Of a stretch of 24,000 nt of DNA, positions 17,495 through 24,000 are shown in pieces; position 1 is the first letter of the stretch, and each line of letters opens with the position of its first letter. The notes below the pieces were generated by a model, which was not told where the DNA came from, searched no databases, and was given only the letters and a program-made list of their open reading frames with translations. Location: the NCBI RefSeq assembly GCF_030014915.1, contig NZ_JAGIXS010000002.1:438296-462295 (forward strand), given 5' to 3'. The stretch is from Pelomonas sp. V22. GTDB taxonomy: Bacteria > Pseudomonadota > Gammaproteobacteria > Burkholderiales > Burkholderiaceae_C. A program made the position numbers and the translations under genes.

Positions 17495-17533
17495 ACCCTT
17501 TGTTTCCGGCCAAACATCAAACAAACAAAGGGT
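17495..17533 (-). terminator. possible terminator/stem-loop after glk (11-bp arms)
   Basis: ACCCTTTGTTT (17495-17505) is the exact reverse complement of AAACAAAGGGT (17523-17533), with a 17-nt loop. On the minus strand it sits about 40 nt after the glk stop and is followed by ...CAUGUUUUAUC, a weak U-tract. It is AT-rich and alternative pairings exist. Confidence 0.3.
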
Positions 17534-17550
17534 AAATACCTGTCTTGATA

Positions 17551-17565
17551 TGTAGCTCAACTACA
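17551..17565. promoter_or_regulatory. HexR-like operator candidate A (TGTAGCTCAACTACA)
   Basis: TGTA-N7-TACA dyad with 5-bp perfect arms (TGTAG/CTACA), in the AT-rich region between the glk stop and the TBDT start. Confidence 0.45.
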
Positions 17566-17572
17566 AACAAGC

Positions 17573-18550
17573 TCAGACCTGCTCCAGCGCCAGGGCGGCG
17601 CCACTGAGGGCGGCCAGGGTGTCGGTGATGAGGACAGTAGGCACGGCCTCCAGGTAAGAGCGGAAGCGCCCCTTGGCCTCGAAGCGCTCGCGGAAGCGCG
17701 AGGCAAAGAAGCGGTCACCCAGCCTCGGCACGATGCCGCCGCCGATGTAGACGCCGCCACGCGCACCCAGCGTCAGGGCCACGCTGCCGGCAAAGCCGCC
17801 GAGCAAGGCACAGAACACGTCCAGGGTCTGGGCACACGAGGCATCCTGGCCGGCGATACCGTTCTCGACGATCTGCTCCGCCGCCAGGGGCGCCGCCAGC
17901 GCCTGCCCACCGAGGCGAGCGACGGCCGCATGCAGCACCGGCAGGCCGATGCCGGACAGCAGGCGCTCGGCCGACACATGGGCATGCTCGCGCCGCACCA
18001 GGGCCAGCAGCTCGCTCTCGAAATCGTCGGCCGGCGCCAGCGTGGCATGGCCGCCCTCGCCCGGCAGCGCCACCCAGCCATGAGCGGTCTGGATCACACC
18101 GCCCACACCCAGGCCGGTGCCCGGGCCGATGACCGCCAGCGTGCCCTGCGGTGTCGGCAGGCCACCCGATCCGCGCAACTGGTCGGGCCGCAGACGCGGC
18201 AGCGACAAGGCCAGCGCCTCGAAGTCATTCAGCACCAGCAGGCGCTCCAGGCCCAAGCCCTCGCGCGCCGCCGCTATGGAGAAGCCCCAGGGGCTGTTGG
18301 TGAACTCCACCATGTCGCCGGCCACGGCCGTGGCCACGGCCACCGCCGCATGACGGGGCCGCAGCGGCCGCGCATCGGCGCCGCCGGGCAGCCCCTCCAG
18401 ATAGGCCTCCACCGCCTCGGCCAGCCCCGCATGGGCAGCAACCGGCAGGCTGCGCACATGAAGAATCGGACCGCCCGCCCGCTCGACCAGGCCAAACCGG
18501 GCATTGCTGCCGCCCACATCGGCCACCAGGCACAAACCATCCCGATTCAT
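17573..18550 (-). CDS. glk: glucokinase (stand-alone)
   Basis: MNRDGLCLVADVGGSNARFGL..., LNDFEA, GPGTGLGVGG, PGEGGH, VSAERLLSG and GGGIVPRLGDRFFASRFRERFEAKGRF align along the full length with E. coli Glk as I recall it. GAGG lies 8 nt upstream of the ATG at 18550. The track ORF start at 18613 adds a non-homologous leader. Confidence 0.9.
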   Translation of the reverse strand: MNRDGLCLVADVGGSNARFGLVERAGGPILHVRSLPVAAHAGLAEAVEAYLEGLPGGADARPLRPRHAAVAVATAVAGDMVEFTNSPWGFSIAAAREGLGLERLLVLNDFEALALSLPRLRPDQLRGSGGLPTPQGTLAVIGPGTGLGVGGVIQTAHGWVALPGEGGHATLAPADDFESELLALVRREHAHVSAERLLSGIGLPVLHAAVARLGGQALAAPLAAEQIVENGIAGQDASCAQTLDVFCALLGGFAGSVALTLGARGGVYIGGGIVPRLGDRFFASRFRERFEAKGRFRSYLEAVPTVLITDTLAALSGAALALEQV

Positions 18551-18634
18551 GGACGCACCTCGGCGCAGAGAGGGGCACGGAGCCCAGCAAGACGACACAT
18601 AGACAGGAGGCACACAGGAATGGGAAGTTGATAA

Positions 18635-18649
18635 GGTAGCAAAACTACA
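18635..18649. promoter_or_regulatory. HexR-like operator candidate B (GGTAGCAAAACTACA)
   Basis: It has one mismatch to the TGTA-N7-TACA core. It lies inside the spacer of a possible minus-strand promoter (TTGATG-17-TATCAA) about 85 nt upstream of glk. Confidence 0.4.
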
Positions 18650-18710
18650 TCATCAAGACAAGCGTACTAGGCCTTACTCTGTACATTGCCCGGTAAACGG
18701 TCAAAGTTCA

Positions 18711-18727
18711 ATGTAGCCCAGCTACAT
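18711..18727. promoter_or_regulatory. HexR-like operator candidate C (ATGTAGC-CCA-GCTACAT, perfect 7-bp arms)
   Basis: Perfect 17-bp dyad containing TGTA-N7-TACA, located in the divergent glk / glk-hexR intergenic region. Confidence 0.5.
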
Positions 18728-18877
18728 TTATCGGCGTATGGTGGGCGCTGCGGTCCTGTTGGGGCCGCGCAGATCTGCGGCCTCGGGCGCCCATGCGCCG
18801 GGGCCGTGCCCTCGGACGGTGCGCAATTGCGGCTCATAATCGCGCGCCGCCCGCTCCACAGGTCCGTCCCGCCCGCC

Positions 18878-20791
18878 ATGACCTCTTTCGACAGCCCCCG
18901 ACTCATTGCCGACATCGGCGGTACCTATGCGCGTTTCGCGCTGGAGACCTCTCAGGGCGAGTTCAGCCAGATCGCCTCGCTGCGCTGCGCCGAGCATGCG
19001 GACTTCCACGCGGCGGTCAGCAACTATCTGCAGATGCTGCCGGCCGGCACCGAGGTGCGGCATGCGGCGATAGCGATTGCCAACCCGGTCGAGGGCGACT
19101 CGGTGCGCATGACCAACTACCACTGGCAGTTCTCCATCGAGGAGATGCGCCAGCGCCTCGGCTTCGACACGCTGGTGGTGGTCAACGACTTCACCGCCCT
19201 CGCCATGGCCGTGCCGCGCCTGCGCCCCAGCGACCTGCGCCAGATCGGCGGCGGCGAGCCGCGCCGGCAGAGCGTGGTGGGCGTGCTGGGCTCGGGCTCG
19301 GGCCTCGGCACCTCGGGCCTGATCCCGGTCGGCGAAGGCTGGATCTCGCTGGGCGCCGAGGGCGGCCACACCAGCTTCTCGCCGCGCGACGAGCGCGAGA
19401 TCGACATCCTGCGCTTTGCCTGGCAGCAGTTCGAGCATGTGTCCTTCGAGCGCCTGGTCTCGGGCCCCGGCCTGGAACTGATCTATCGCGCCCTCGCGCA
19501 GCGGGCCGGCGCTGCCGCCGCTCCGCTGGCCGCGCCGGACATCACCCAGCGCGCGCTCGACGAAAGCGACGCCGTCTGCGTCGAGGCGCTGGACATGTTC
19601 TGCGCCCTGCTCGGCACAGCCGCTGCCAACCTGGCGGTGACGCTGGGGGCGCTGGGCGGCATCTACATCGGCGGCGGCATCGTCCCGCGCCTGGGTGCGT
19701 ACTTCGACCGTTCGCGCTTCCGCGCGCGCTTCGAGGACAAGGGCCGTTTCCGCGACTATGTGGCCGGCATCCCCACCTATGTGATCACCGCCGAGCAGGC
19801 CACGTTCATGGGCGCCTCGGCCATCCTGGACGCCCAGCTGCGCACCCTGGAGAGCACGCCCGGCTCGGCCATCCTCGGCCAGATCCGCCGCGCCCGCAGC
19901 GAGCTTTCGCCGGCCGAGCTGCGCGTGGCCGAGCATGTGCTTGCCCATCCGCGCGACGTGCTGAACGACCCCATCATTGAGATCGCCAAGGCCGCGCAGG
20001 TCAGCCAACCGACGGTGATCCGCTTCTGCCGCTCGCTGGGCTGCGAAGGCCTGTCGGACTTCAAGCTGCGTCTCGCCTCGGGCCTCACCGGCACGGTGCC
20101 GGTCACGCACACCCAGGTGATGCAGGACGACTCGGTGGTCGAGCTCGGCGCCAAGGTGCTGGGCAACACGGCCTCGGCCATCCTGCAGGTGCGCAGCGAA
20201 CTGAACCGCGAAATGATCGACCGCGCCATCGAGCTGCTGCTGAACGCCAACCGCATCGAGTTCTTCGCCGTCGGCCATTACGGCGTGGTGGCGCAGGACG
20301 CGCAGTTCAAGTTCCTGCGCTTCGGCGTCTCGAGCAGCGCCTACACCGACCCACGCCTGCAGGCCCTGGCCGCCGGCGTGCTGGGCCCGCGCGACGTGGC
20401 CGTCATCATCAGTTCGAGCGGCAAGCTGCCCGAGTTGCTCGAGGTGGCCGACAAGGCGCGCGAGCGCGGCGCCGCCGTCGTGGCCATCACGGCCAGCCAG
20501 TCGCCGCTGGCGCGCAAGGCCGATGCCACGCTGATCGTCGACCATGTGGAAGACGTCTCCACCCACCTGCCCATGATCAGCCGCATCCTGCACCTGCTGG
20601 TGATCGACATCCTGGCCGTGGGCGTGGCCATGCGCCGCCATGCCGACGGCGTGCAGGCCCTCGGCGGCAATGCCGATGCGGCGCTGGACGAAGCCGAGCC
20701 GAGCCCGGCCGCCGCGCCCACGGCCAAGCGGGCCGCGCCTGGCATCAGCATGGCTTCGCCGCTGTCCAAGTTGACCTCGCACAGCCGCTGA
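18878..20791 (+). CDS. hexR: bifunctional glucokinase / RpiR(HexR)-family transcriptional regulator fusion protein
   Basis: The N-terminal roughly 330 aa is a second full-length glucokinase (LIADIGGTYARFAL, VNDFTA, GSGSGLG, AEGGH, VSFERLVSG, GGGIVPRLGAYFDRSRFRARFEDKGRF). It is followed by an RpiR HTH (ELSPAELRVAEHVLAHP...IAKAAQVSQPTVIRFCRSLG), a SIS domain (IEFFAVGHYGVVAQDAQFKF...VIISSSGKLPELLEVA...VVAITAS) and an Ala/Pro-rich tail. The ATG at 18878 gives a Glk-like N-terminal spacing. Confidence 0.9.
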   Translation: MTSFDSPRLIADIGGTYARFALETSQGEFSQIASLRCAEHADFHAAVSNYLQMLPAGTEVRHAAIAIANPVEGDSVRMTNYHWQFSIEEMRQRLGFDTLVVVNDFTALAMAVPRLRPSDLRQIGGGEPRRQSVVGVLGSGSGLGTSGLIPVGEGWISLGAEGGHTSFSPRDEREIDILRFAWQQFEHVSFERLVSGPGLELIYRALAQRAGAAAAPLAAPDITQRALDESDAVCVEALDMFCALLGTAAANLAVTLGALGGIYIGGGIVPRLGAYFDRSRFRARFEDKGRFRDYVAGIPTYVITAEQATFMGASAILDAQLRTLESTPGSAILGQIRRARSELSPAELRVAEHVLAHPRDVLNDPIIEIAKAAQVSQPTVIRFCRSLGCEGLSDFKLRLASGLTGTVPVTHTQVMQDDSVVELGAKVLGNTASAILQVRSELNREMIDRAIELLLNANRIEFFAVGHYGVVAQDAQFKFLRFGVSSSAYTDPRLQALAAGVLGPRDVAVIISSSGKLPELLEVADKARERGAAVVAITASQSPLARKADATLIVDHVEDVSTHLPMISRILHLLVIDILAVGVAMRRHADGVQALGGNADAALDEAEPSPAAAPTAKRAAPGISMASPLSKLTSHSR

Positions 20792-20819
20792 CGCAGGCGC
20801 GGCGGATAGGATGCCCGGC

Positions 20820-21623
20820 ATGGCCCTGCGTGCCGCTCCATCGTCCATGCGCCCTCTGCTGCTCACCGGATTGCTCGCCAGCCTGCTGGCCTGGCCCGGC
20901 ATGGCCGCCGCCGCGATCAGCATCTGCTTCAACCAGGAGCTCAACGACCCTGCCGCTCACCCGGTGGCCGTCGAGATGCTCAAGGCCGTGGCACGGCGAG
21001 CGCCCGAACTGGACATCCGCCTCGTGCCCCTGCCCTGGGCCCGCTGCCTGCGCGAAGCCACACAGGGCGAGCATGACGGCGTGCTCGCAGCCAGCCACAG
21101 CCCGGAGCGCGCCGCCGGCCTCAGCTTCCCGCTGCGGCCCGATGGCCAGCCCGACGAGGCGCGCCGCATGTTCTCGCTCGGCTACTGGCTGCTGCGCAGC
21201 AAAGGCAGCACGGTGAGCTGGGACGGCCAGCGCTTCGCGGGCCTGGCCGAAGCGGGCCCGCCGCTGGGGGCGCAGCGCGGCTACTCGATTGCCGACTTCG
21301 CCCGCCAGCATGGTGCGGCCGTGGATGATGGCGCCGCCACCGCCCAGGCCCTGATGAAGAAGCTCGAGCTCGGGCGCCTGGCCGGCGTGCTGGTGTCGCA
21401 GGCCCACGCACACGAGCTGGCGGCAGATCCGCAATGGGCCGGCAAGCTCGAGCCCGCCGGGCCCCTGCTGCTGCGCAAGCCCTACTTCCTGGCCTGCTCG
21501 CAGCGCTTCGCAGCAGCGCGCCCACGGGATGCCGAGCGCCTCTGGGCCTTGCTGGTGCAGGAGCGCGAAAGTGCGGCGTTCAAGCGGCTCTACAGGAGCC
21601 AGCTGGGCGACGCCCTGCCCTGA
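20820..21623 (+). CDS. periplasmic solute-binding-protein-like protein (family 3-like), orphan
   Basis: Signal peptide ...MRPLLLTGLLASLLAWPGMAAAA. The pattern ISICFNQ...VEMLKAVARRAPELDIRLVPLPWARCLREATQGEHDGVLAAS resembles PBPb-type proteins. The start is ambiguous (ATG at 20811, 20820 or 20847); 20820 has AGGA 8 nt upstream. Confidence 0.65.
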   Translation: MALRAAPSSMRPLLLTGLLASLLAWPGMAAAAISICFNQELNDPAAHPVAVEMLKAVARRAPELDIRLVPLPWARCLREATQGEHDGVLAASHSPERAAGLSFPLRPDGQPDEARRMFSLGYWLLRSKGSTVSWDGQRFAGLAEAGPPLGAQRGYSIADFARQHGAAVDDGAATAQALMKKLELGRLAGVLVSQAHAHELAADPQWAGKLEPAGPLLLRKPYFLACSQRFAAARPRDAERLWALLVQERESAAFKRLYRSQLGDALP

Positions 21624-24000
21624 TCAGCAGACGCGGTTGCGGCCGGCCTGCTTGGCCCGGTACAGCGCAGCATCCGCCTGAGCCAGCAAGGATTCGACGG
21701 AAGACTCGGCGCCCGGCACGCAGCTGCTCACGCCGAGGCTCAGCGTCACCACCGGCCCCACCGGCGAGGCCGGGTGTGCAATGCCTAGCGCCTCGCAAGC
21801 CAGGCGCAGCCCTTCGGCCACGGCGAGCGCGGCCTCGTGATCGGCGCCAGGCACCAGGATGACGAACTCCTCGCCGCCATAGCGCGCGGCCAGGTCGCCG
21901 GCCCGCCCCACGGCATGAGTGAACACGCCGGCCACCGCCTTCAGGCAGCGGTCGCCTTCGGGATGGCCCAGCAGGTCGTTGTAGGCCTTGAAGCAGTCGA
22001 TGTCGGCGATCAGGAGCGCCAGCGGCTGCTGGCTGCGACGGGCACGGCGCCATTCCTCGTGCAAGGCTTCGTCGAAGCGGCGCCGGTTCGCGAGGCCGGT
22101 CAGTGCGTCCGCATAGGACAGGCGCGACAGATGCTCATTCGCCTCGCGCAACTCGTCGGTGCGCTGTGCCACCAGGAGCTCCATCTCGTGCTGGCGCGCC
22201 TGCAGGCTGCGGACTCGCAGGCGCATCAGCCCCATCAATCCCAGCGCGCCCGCGACGATGGCCGCGATGACGAACCAGGCCGTCTGGTAGAAACGCGCCG
22301 CCACGCTGATCACCAGCGGCGATGCCTCGCTCCACTGCACACCATCGGTCGTGGCCGACACCCGGAAGCGGTACTGCCCATGGGGCAGCGCCGGGAAAGC
22401 CACCTCGCGCAGGCTGCCCATGTCCACCCAGTCCTGGCTCAGGCCTTCCATCTGATAGCGGAAGCGCACGCGGTCGGCATACAGCAGCGTCGCCACGGTG
22501 TAGCGGATCGCCAGCGGCACGGCGCCGGGCGGCAGTTGCACCTCGGCATCGGCAGGCTGGCTGGCACCGCCCACCTGCACGTTGTCGACCCGCACCTCCG
22601 GTGGCCGGCCACCGCCCGGCAGGTGCCGGGGGTCCACGATGACCAGGCCATTGGCCGAGGGCAGCCACAGCCGGCCGTCCGGCGCCACCGCGCCGGCGCC
22701 TTGCAAGCCACCAGCGAAGGTCGTGCCGCGCAGCGCATCGCCCGGCCCGAAGCCGACCGAGCTCAGCCGGGCCTGGGTGCCATCGGCCACCGCATTCAGT
22801 TCAGCGCGCGCCACACGGTAGAAGCCGCGGTTGCAGCTCATCCAGAGATTGCCGGCGCGGTCCTCGAGGATGGTCTGCGCCAGGCTGTCCCAAAGCCCCT
22901 CGGTCGTGCGGATCGAGGCGAGCTTGCCGTCGCGCAGGCGGTTCAGGCCTTCGCCATTCGTGCCTATCCAGAGCACGCCGTCGGCGTCCTCGTGCAGGGC
23001 CATGATCCAGTTGGAGAGCAGGCCGTCGGCCTTCTTCAGCAGGCTGAAGCGGCCGCCCTTGAAGCTCAGCAAGCCCTGGCCGGCCGTGCCGAACCAGAGC
23101 GTGCCGCTGCGGTCTTCCAGCATGGTCAGCACGCCTTCGGCCGGCACCACCGGGTCGTTCACCGGCTCGAAGCCCTTGCCATTGAAGCGGGCCAGGCCGG
23201 CACGGGTACCGACCCACAGCTGGCCCTGGCGGTCCTGCAGCAGCGAGCGGATCTCGGCGCCGGGCAGGCCCTCGGCCGTGCCATAGGTCTCGATGCGGCC
23301 GCTCGGAAGCCGGTGCGCCAGACCCGCCGTGTAAGTGCCTATCCAGAGCGAGCCATCGCGGTCCTCGGCGAGGGCCGAGATCTCCTCGGTCGGCAAGCCG
23401 TCCTTCTTGCCCAGCACGCTGAGCTGCTCGCCCTCGATGCGGTTGAGCCCACCGCCGGCGGTCGAGACCCAGGTGACGCCATCGCGGCCATGCAGCACGG
23501 CGCGCACGTTGTCGTGCGAGAGCCCTTCGGCTGCCCCGAACACCACGAAGGCCCGGTTGCGCAGGCGGTTGAGGCCGCCCACCCAGTTGCCCACCCAGAC
23601 GCTGCCCTCACGGTCCAGCGCCAGCGCCCAGATCTGGTTGCCCGCCAGGCCCTCGGCCGCGCCCAGCGAGCTGAAACGCCCGTCCGGACCCATGCGGCTC
23701 AAGCCGGCGCCCCAGGTGCCGATCCACAGCGCGCCCCGCCCATCGCGCGCGAGGGCCGTCAAATGATCGGTGGGCAGGCCATCGGCCATGGTGTAGATGC
23801 GGGCAATGCGACCCTGCTGCAAGTGCACCAGGCCGGCCCCGGCCGTGGCGGCCCAGATGCCGCCTTGCGCATCGGCAATCACCGAGCGCACCTGCGCGTG
23901 CGGGAAGCGGCCGTTCTCCGGATTCATCGCCAGGAACTTGCCGTTCTCGAACGACACCAGGCCGCCGCCACTGGTGGCGATCCAGAGCACGCCGGCCGCA
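21624..24000 (-). CDS. sensor diguanylate cyclase: periplasmic Reg_prop beta-propeller repeats + Y_Y_Y domain + TM helix + coiled coil + GGDEF (N-terminus outside the window)
   Basis: At least 11 repeats of the LW(I/V)GTxxxGL type. YYY-domain signature VRFRYQMEGLSQDWV...LPHGQYRFRVSA. TM helix AWFVIAAIVAGALGLMGLM. GGDEF domain with GGEEF (21864-21878) and an I-site RAGD five residues upstream. The frame stays open to base 24000, and the track's M at 23990 is an internal GTG. Confidence 0.9.
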   Translation of the reverse strand, partial: AAGVLWIATSGGGLVSFENGKFLAMNPENGRFPHAQVRSVIADAQGGIWAATAGAGLVHLQQGRIARIYTMADGLPTDHLTALARDGRGALWIGTWGAGLSRMGPDGRFSSLGAAEGLAGNQIWALALDREGSVWVGNWVGGLNRLRNRAFVVFGAAEGLSHDNVRAVLHGRDGVTWVSTAGGGLNRIEGEQLSVLGKKDGLPTEEISALAEDRDGSLWIGTYTAGLAHRLPSGRIETYGTAEGLPGAEIRSLLQDRQGQLWVGTRAGLARFNGKGFEPVNDPVVPAEGVLTMLEDRSGTLWFGTAGQGLLSFKGGRFSLLKKADGLLSNWIMALHEDADGVLWIGTNGEGLNRLRDGKLASIRTTEGLWDSLAQTILEDRAGNLWMSCNRGFYRVARAELNAVADGTQARLSSVGFGPGDALRGTTFAGGLQGAGAVAPDGRLWLPSANGLVIVDPRHLPGGGRPPEVRVDNVQVGGASQPADAEVQLPPGAVPLAIRYTVATLLYADRVRFRYQMEGLSQDWVDMGSLREVAFPALPHGQYRFRVSATTDGVQWSEASPLVISVAARFYQTAWFVIAAIVAGALGLMGLMRLRVRSLQARQHEMELLVAQRTDELREANEHLSRLSYADALTGLANRRRFDEALHEEWRRARRSQQPLALLIADIDCFKAYNDLLGHPEGDRCLKAVAGVFTHAVGRAGDLAARYGGEEFVILVPGADHEAALAVAEGLRLACEALGIAHPASPVGPVVTLSLGVSSCVPGAESSVESLLAQADAALYRAKQAGRNRVC

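Noticed and set aside
17322-17513. A 63-aa ORF in the TBDT leader, and an 82-aa ORF (18667-18915) in the glk / glk-hexR intergenic region.
   Set aside because: Neither has a Shine-Dalgarno or a recognisable motif. They lie in AT-rich regulatory DNA or overlap the start of glk-hexR, so they are most likely chance ORFs.
17301-17572. A cobalamin or other riboswitch upstream of the TonB-dependent receptor.
   Set aside because: I could not see a B12-box-like GCCACTG core or any other riboswitch signature I recognise. The receptor context is carbohydrate rather than vitamin or iron. Only an Rfam scan could settle this.
18822-18840. A CGCAATTGCG palindrome and a CATAAT -10-like hexamer upstream of glk-hexR, as a defined promoter.
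   Set aside because: There is no convincing -35 element at 16-18 nt spacing. Short GC palindromes are frequent in this DNA. The evidence is too weak to call as a feature.
1-24000. Mobile elements, CRISPR arrays, tRNA/rRNA genes, defence systems or a genomic-island boundary.
   Set aside because: I saw no transposase, integrase or recombinase-like ORF, no regularly spaced direct repeats, and no tRNA-like cloverleaf candidates in the short intergenic regions. Composition is uniformly GC-rich except for the regulatory gaps.

Overview
This is a visibly high-GC stretch of proteobacterial chromosome, densely coded. The Glk-HexR fusion, CIO-type cytochrome bd and gene content suggest Burkholderiales/Comamonadaceae, but that is inference only. 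I saw no rRNA, tRNA, CRISPR, transposase, integrase or phage genes. Left to right, the window holds five blocks. (1) The tail of an aldo/keto reductase, convergent with an MDR-family quinone/enoyl reductase, which is in turn divergent from a LysR regulator. (2) A two-subunit IorAB-type molybdenum hydroxylase (2Fe-2S subunit plus a Tat-signal Moco subunit), followed 11 nt later by a secreted SxxK serine hydrolase. (3) A tightly coupled operon of GbsR/MarR-type regulator, short-Q-loop cytochrome bd oxidase (cydA/cydB, CIO-like) and an overlapping 144-aa membrane protein, preceded by a perfect 36-bp AT-rich palindrome. (4) A minus-strand alpha-glucan utilisation cluster: glucokinase, a 956-aa TonB-dependent receptor, a flavin-dependent 'tryptophan halogenase' homologue, an exported GH13 alpha-amylase and an RmlD-like SDR. 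It is divergent from a fused glucokinase-RpiR/HexR regulator, with three TGTA-N7-TACA operator-like sites in the AT-rich intergenic regions. (5) Two orphan family-3 solute-binding proteins, and a large periplasmic beta-propeller (Reg_prop/YYY)-GGDEF diguanylate cyclase that runs off the right edge. The best candidates for undescribed biology are the catalytically intact-looking halogenase homologue and SDR inside the glycan-uptake operon, the duplicated and fused glucokinase-HexR circuit with its operator triad, the palindrome-controlled regulator-cioAB-membrane protein operon, and the glycan-sensor-like diguanylate cyclase. All functional calls come from reading the translated ORFs and recalling family motifs. 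No database search was run.
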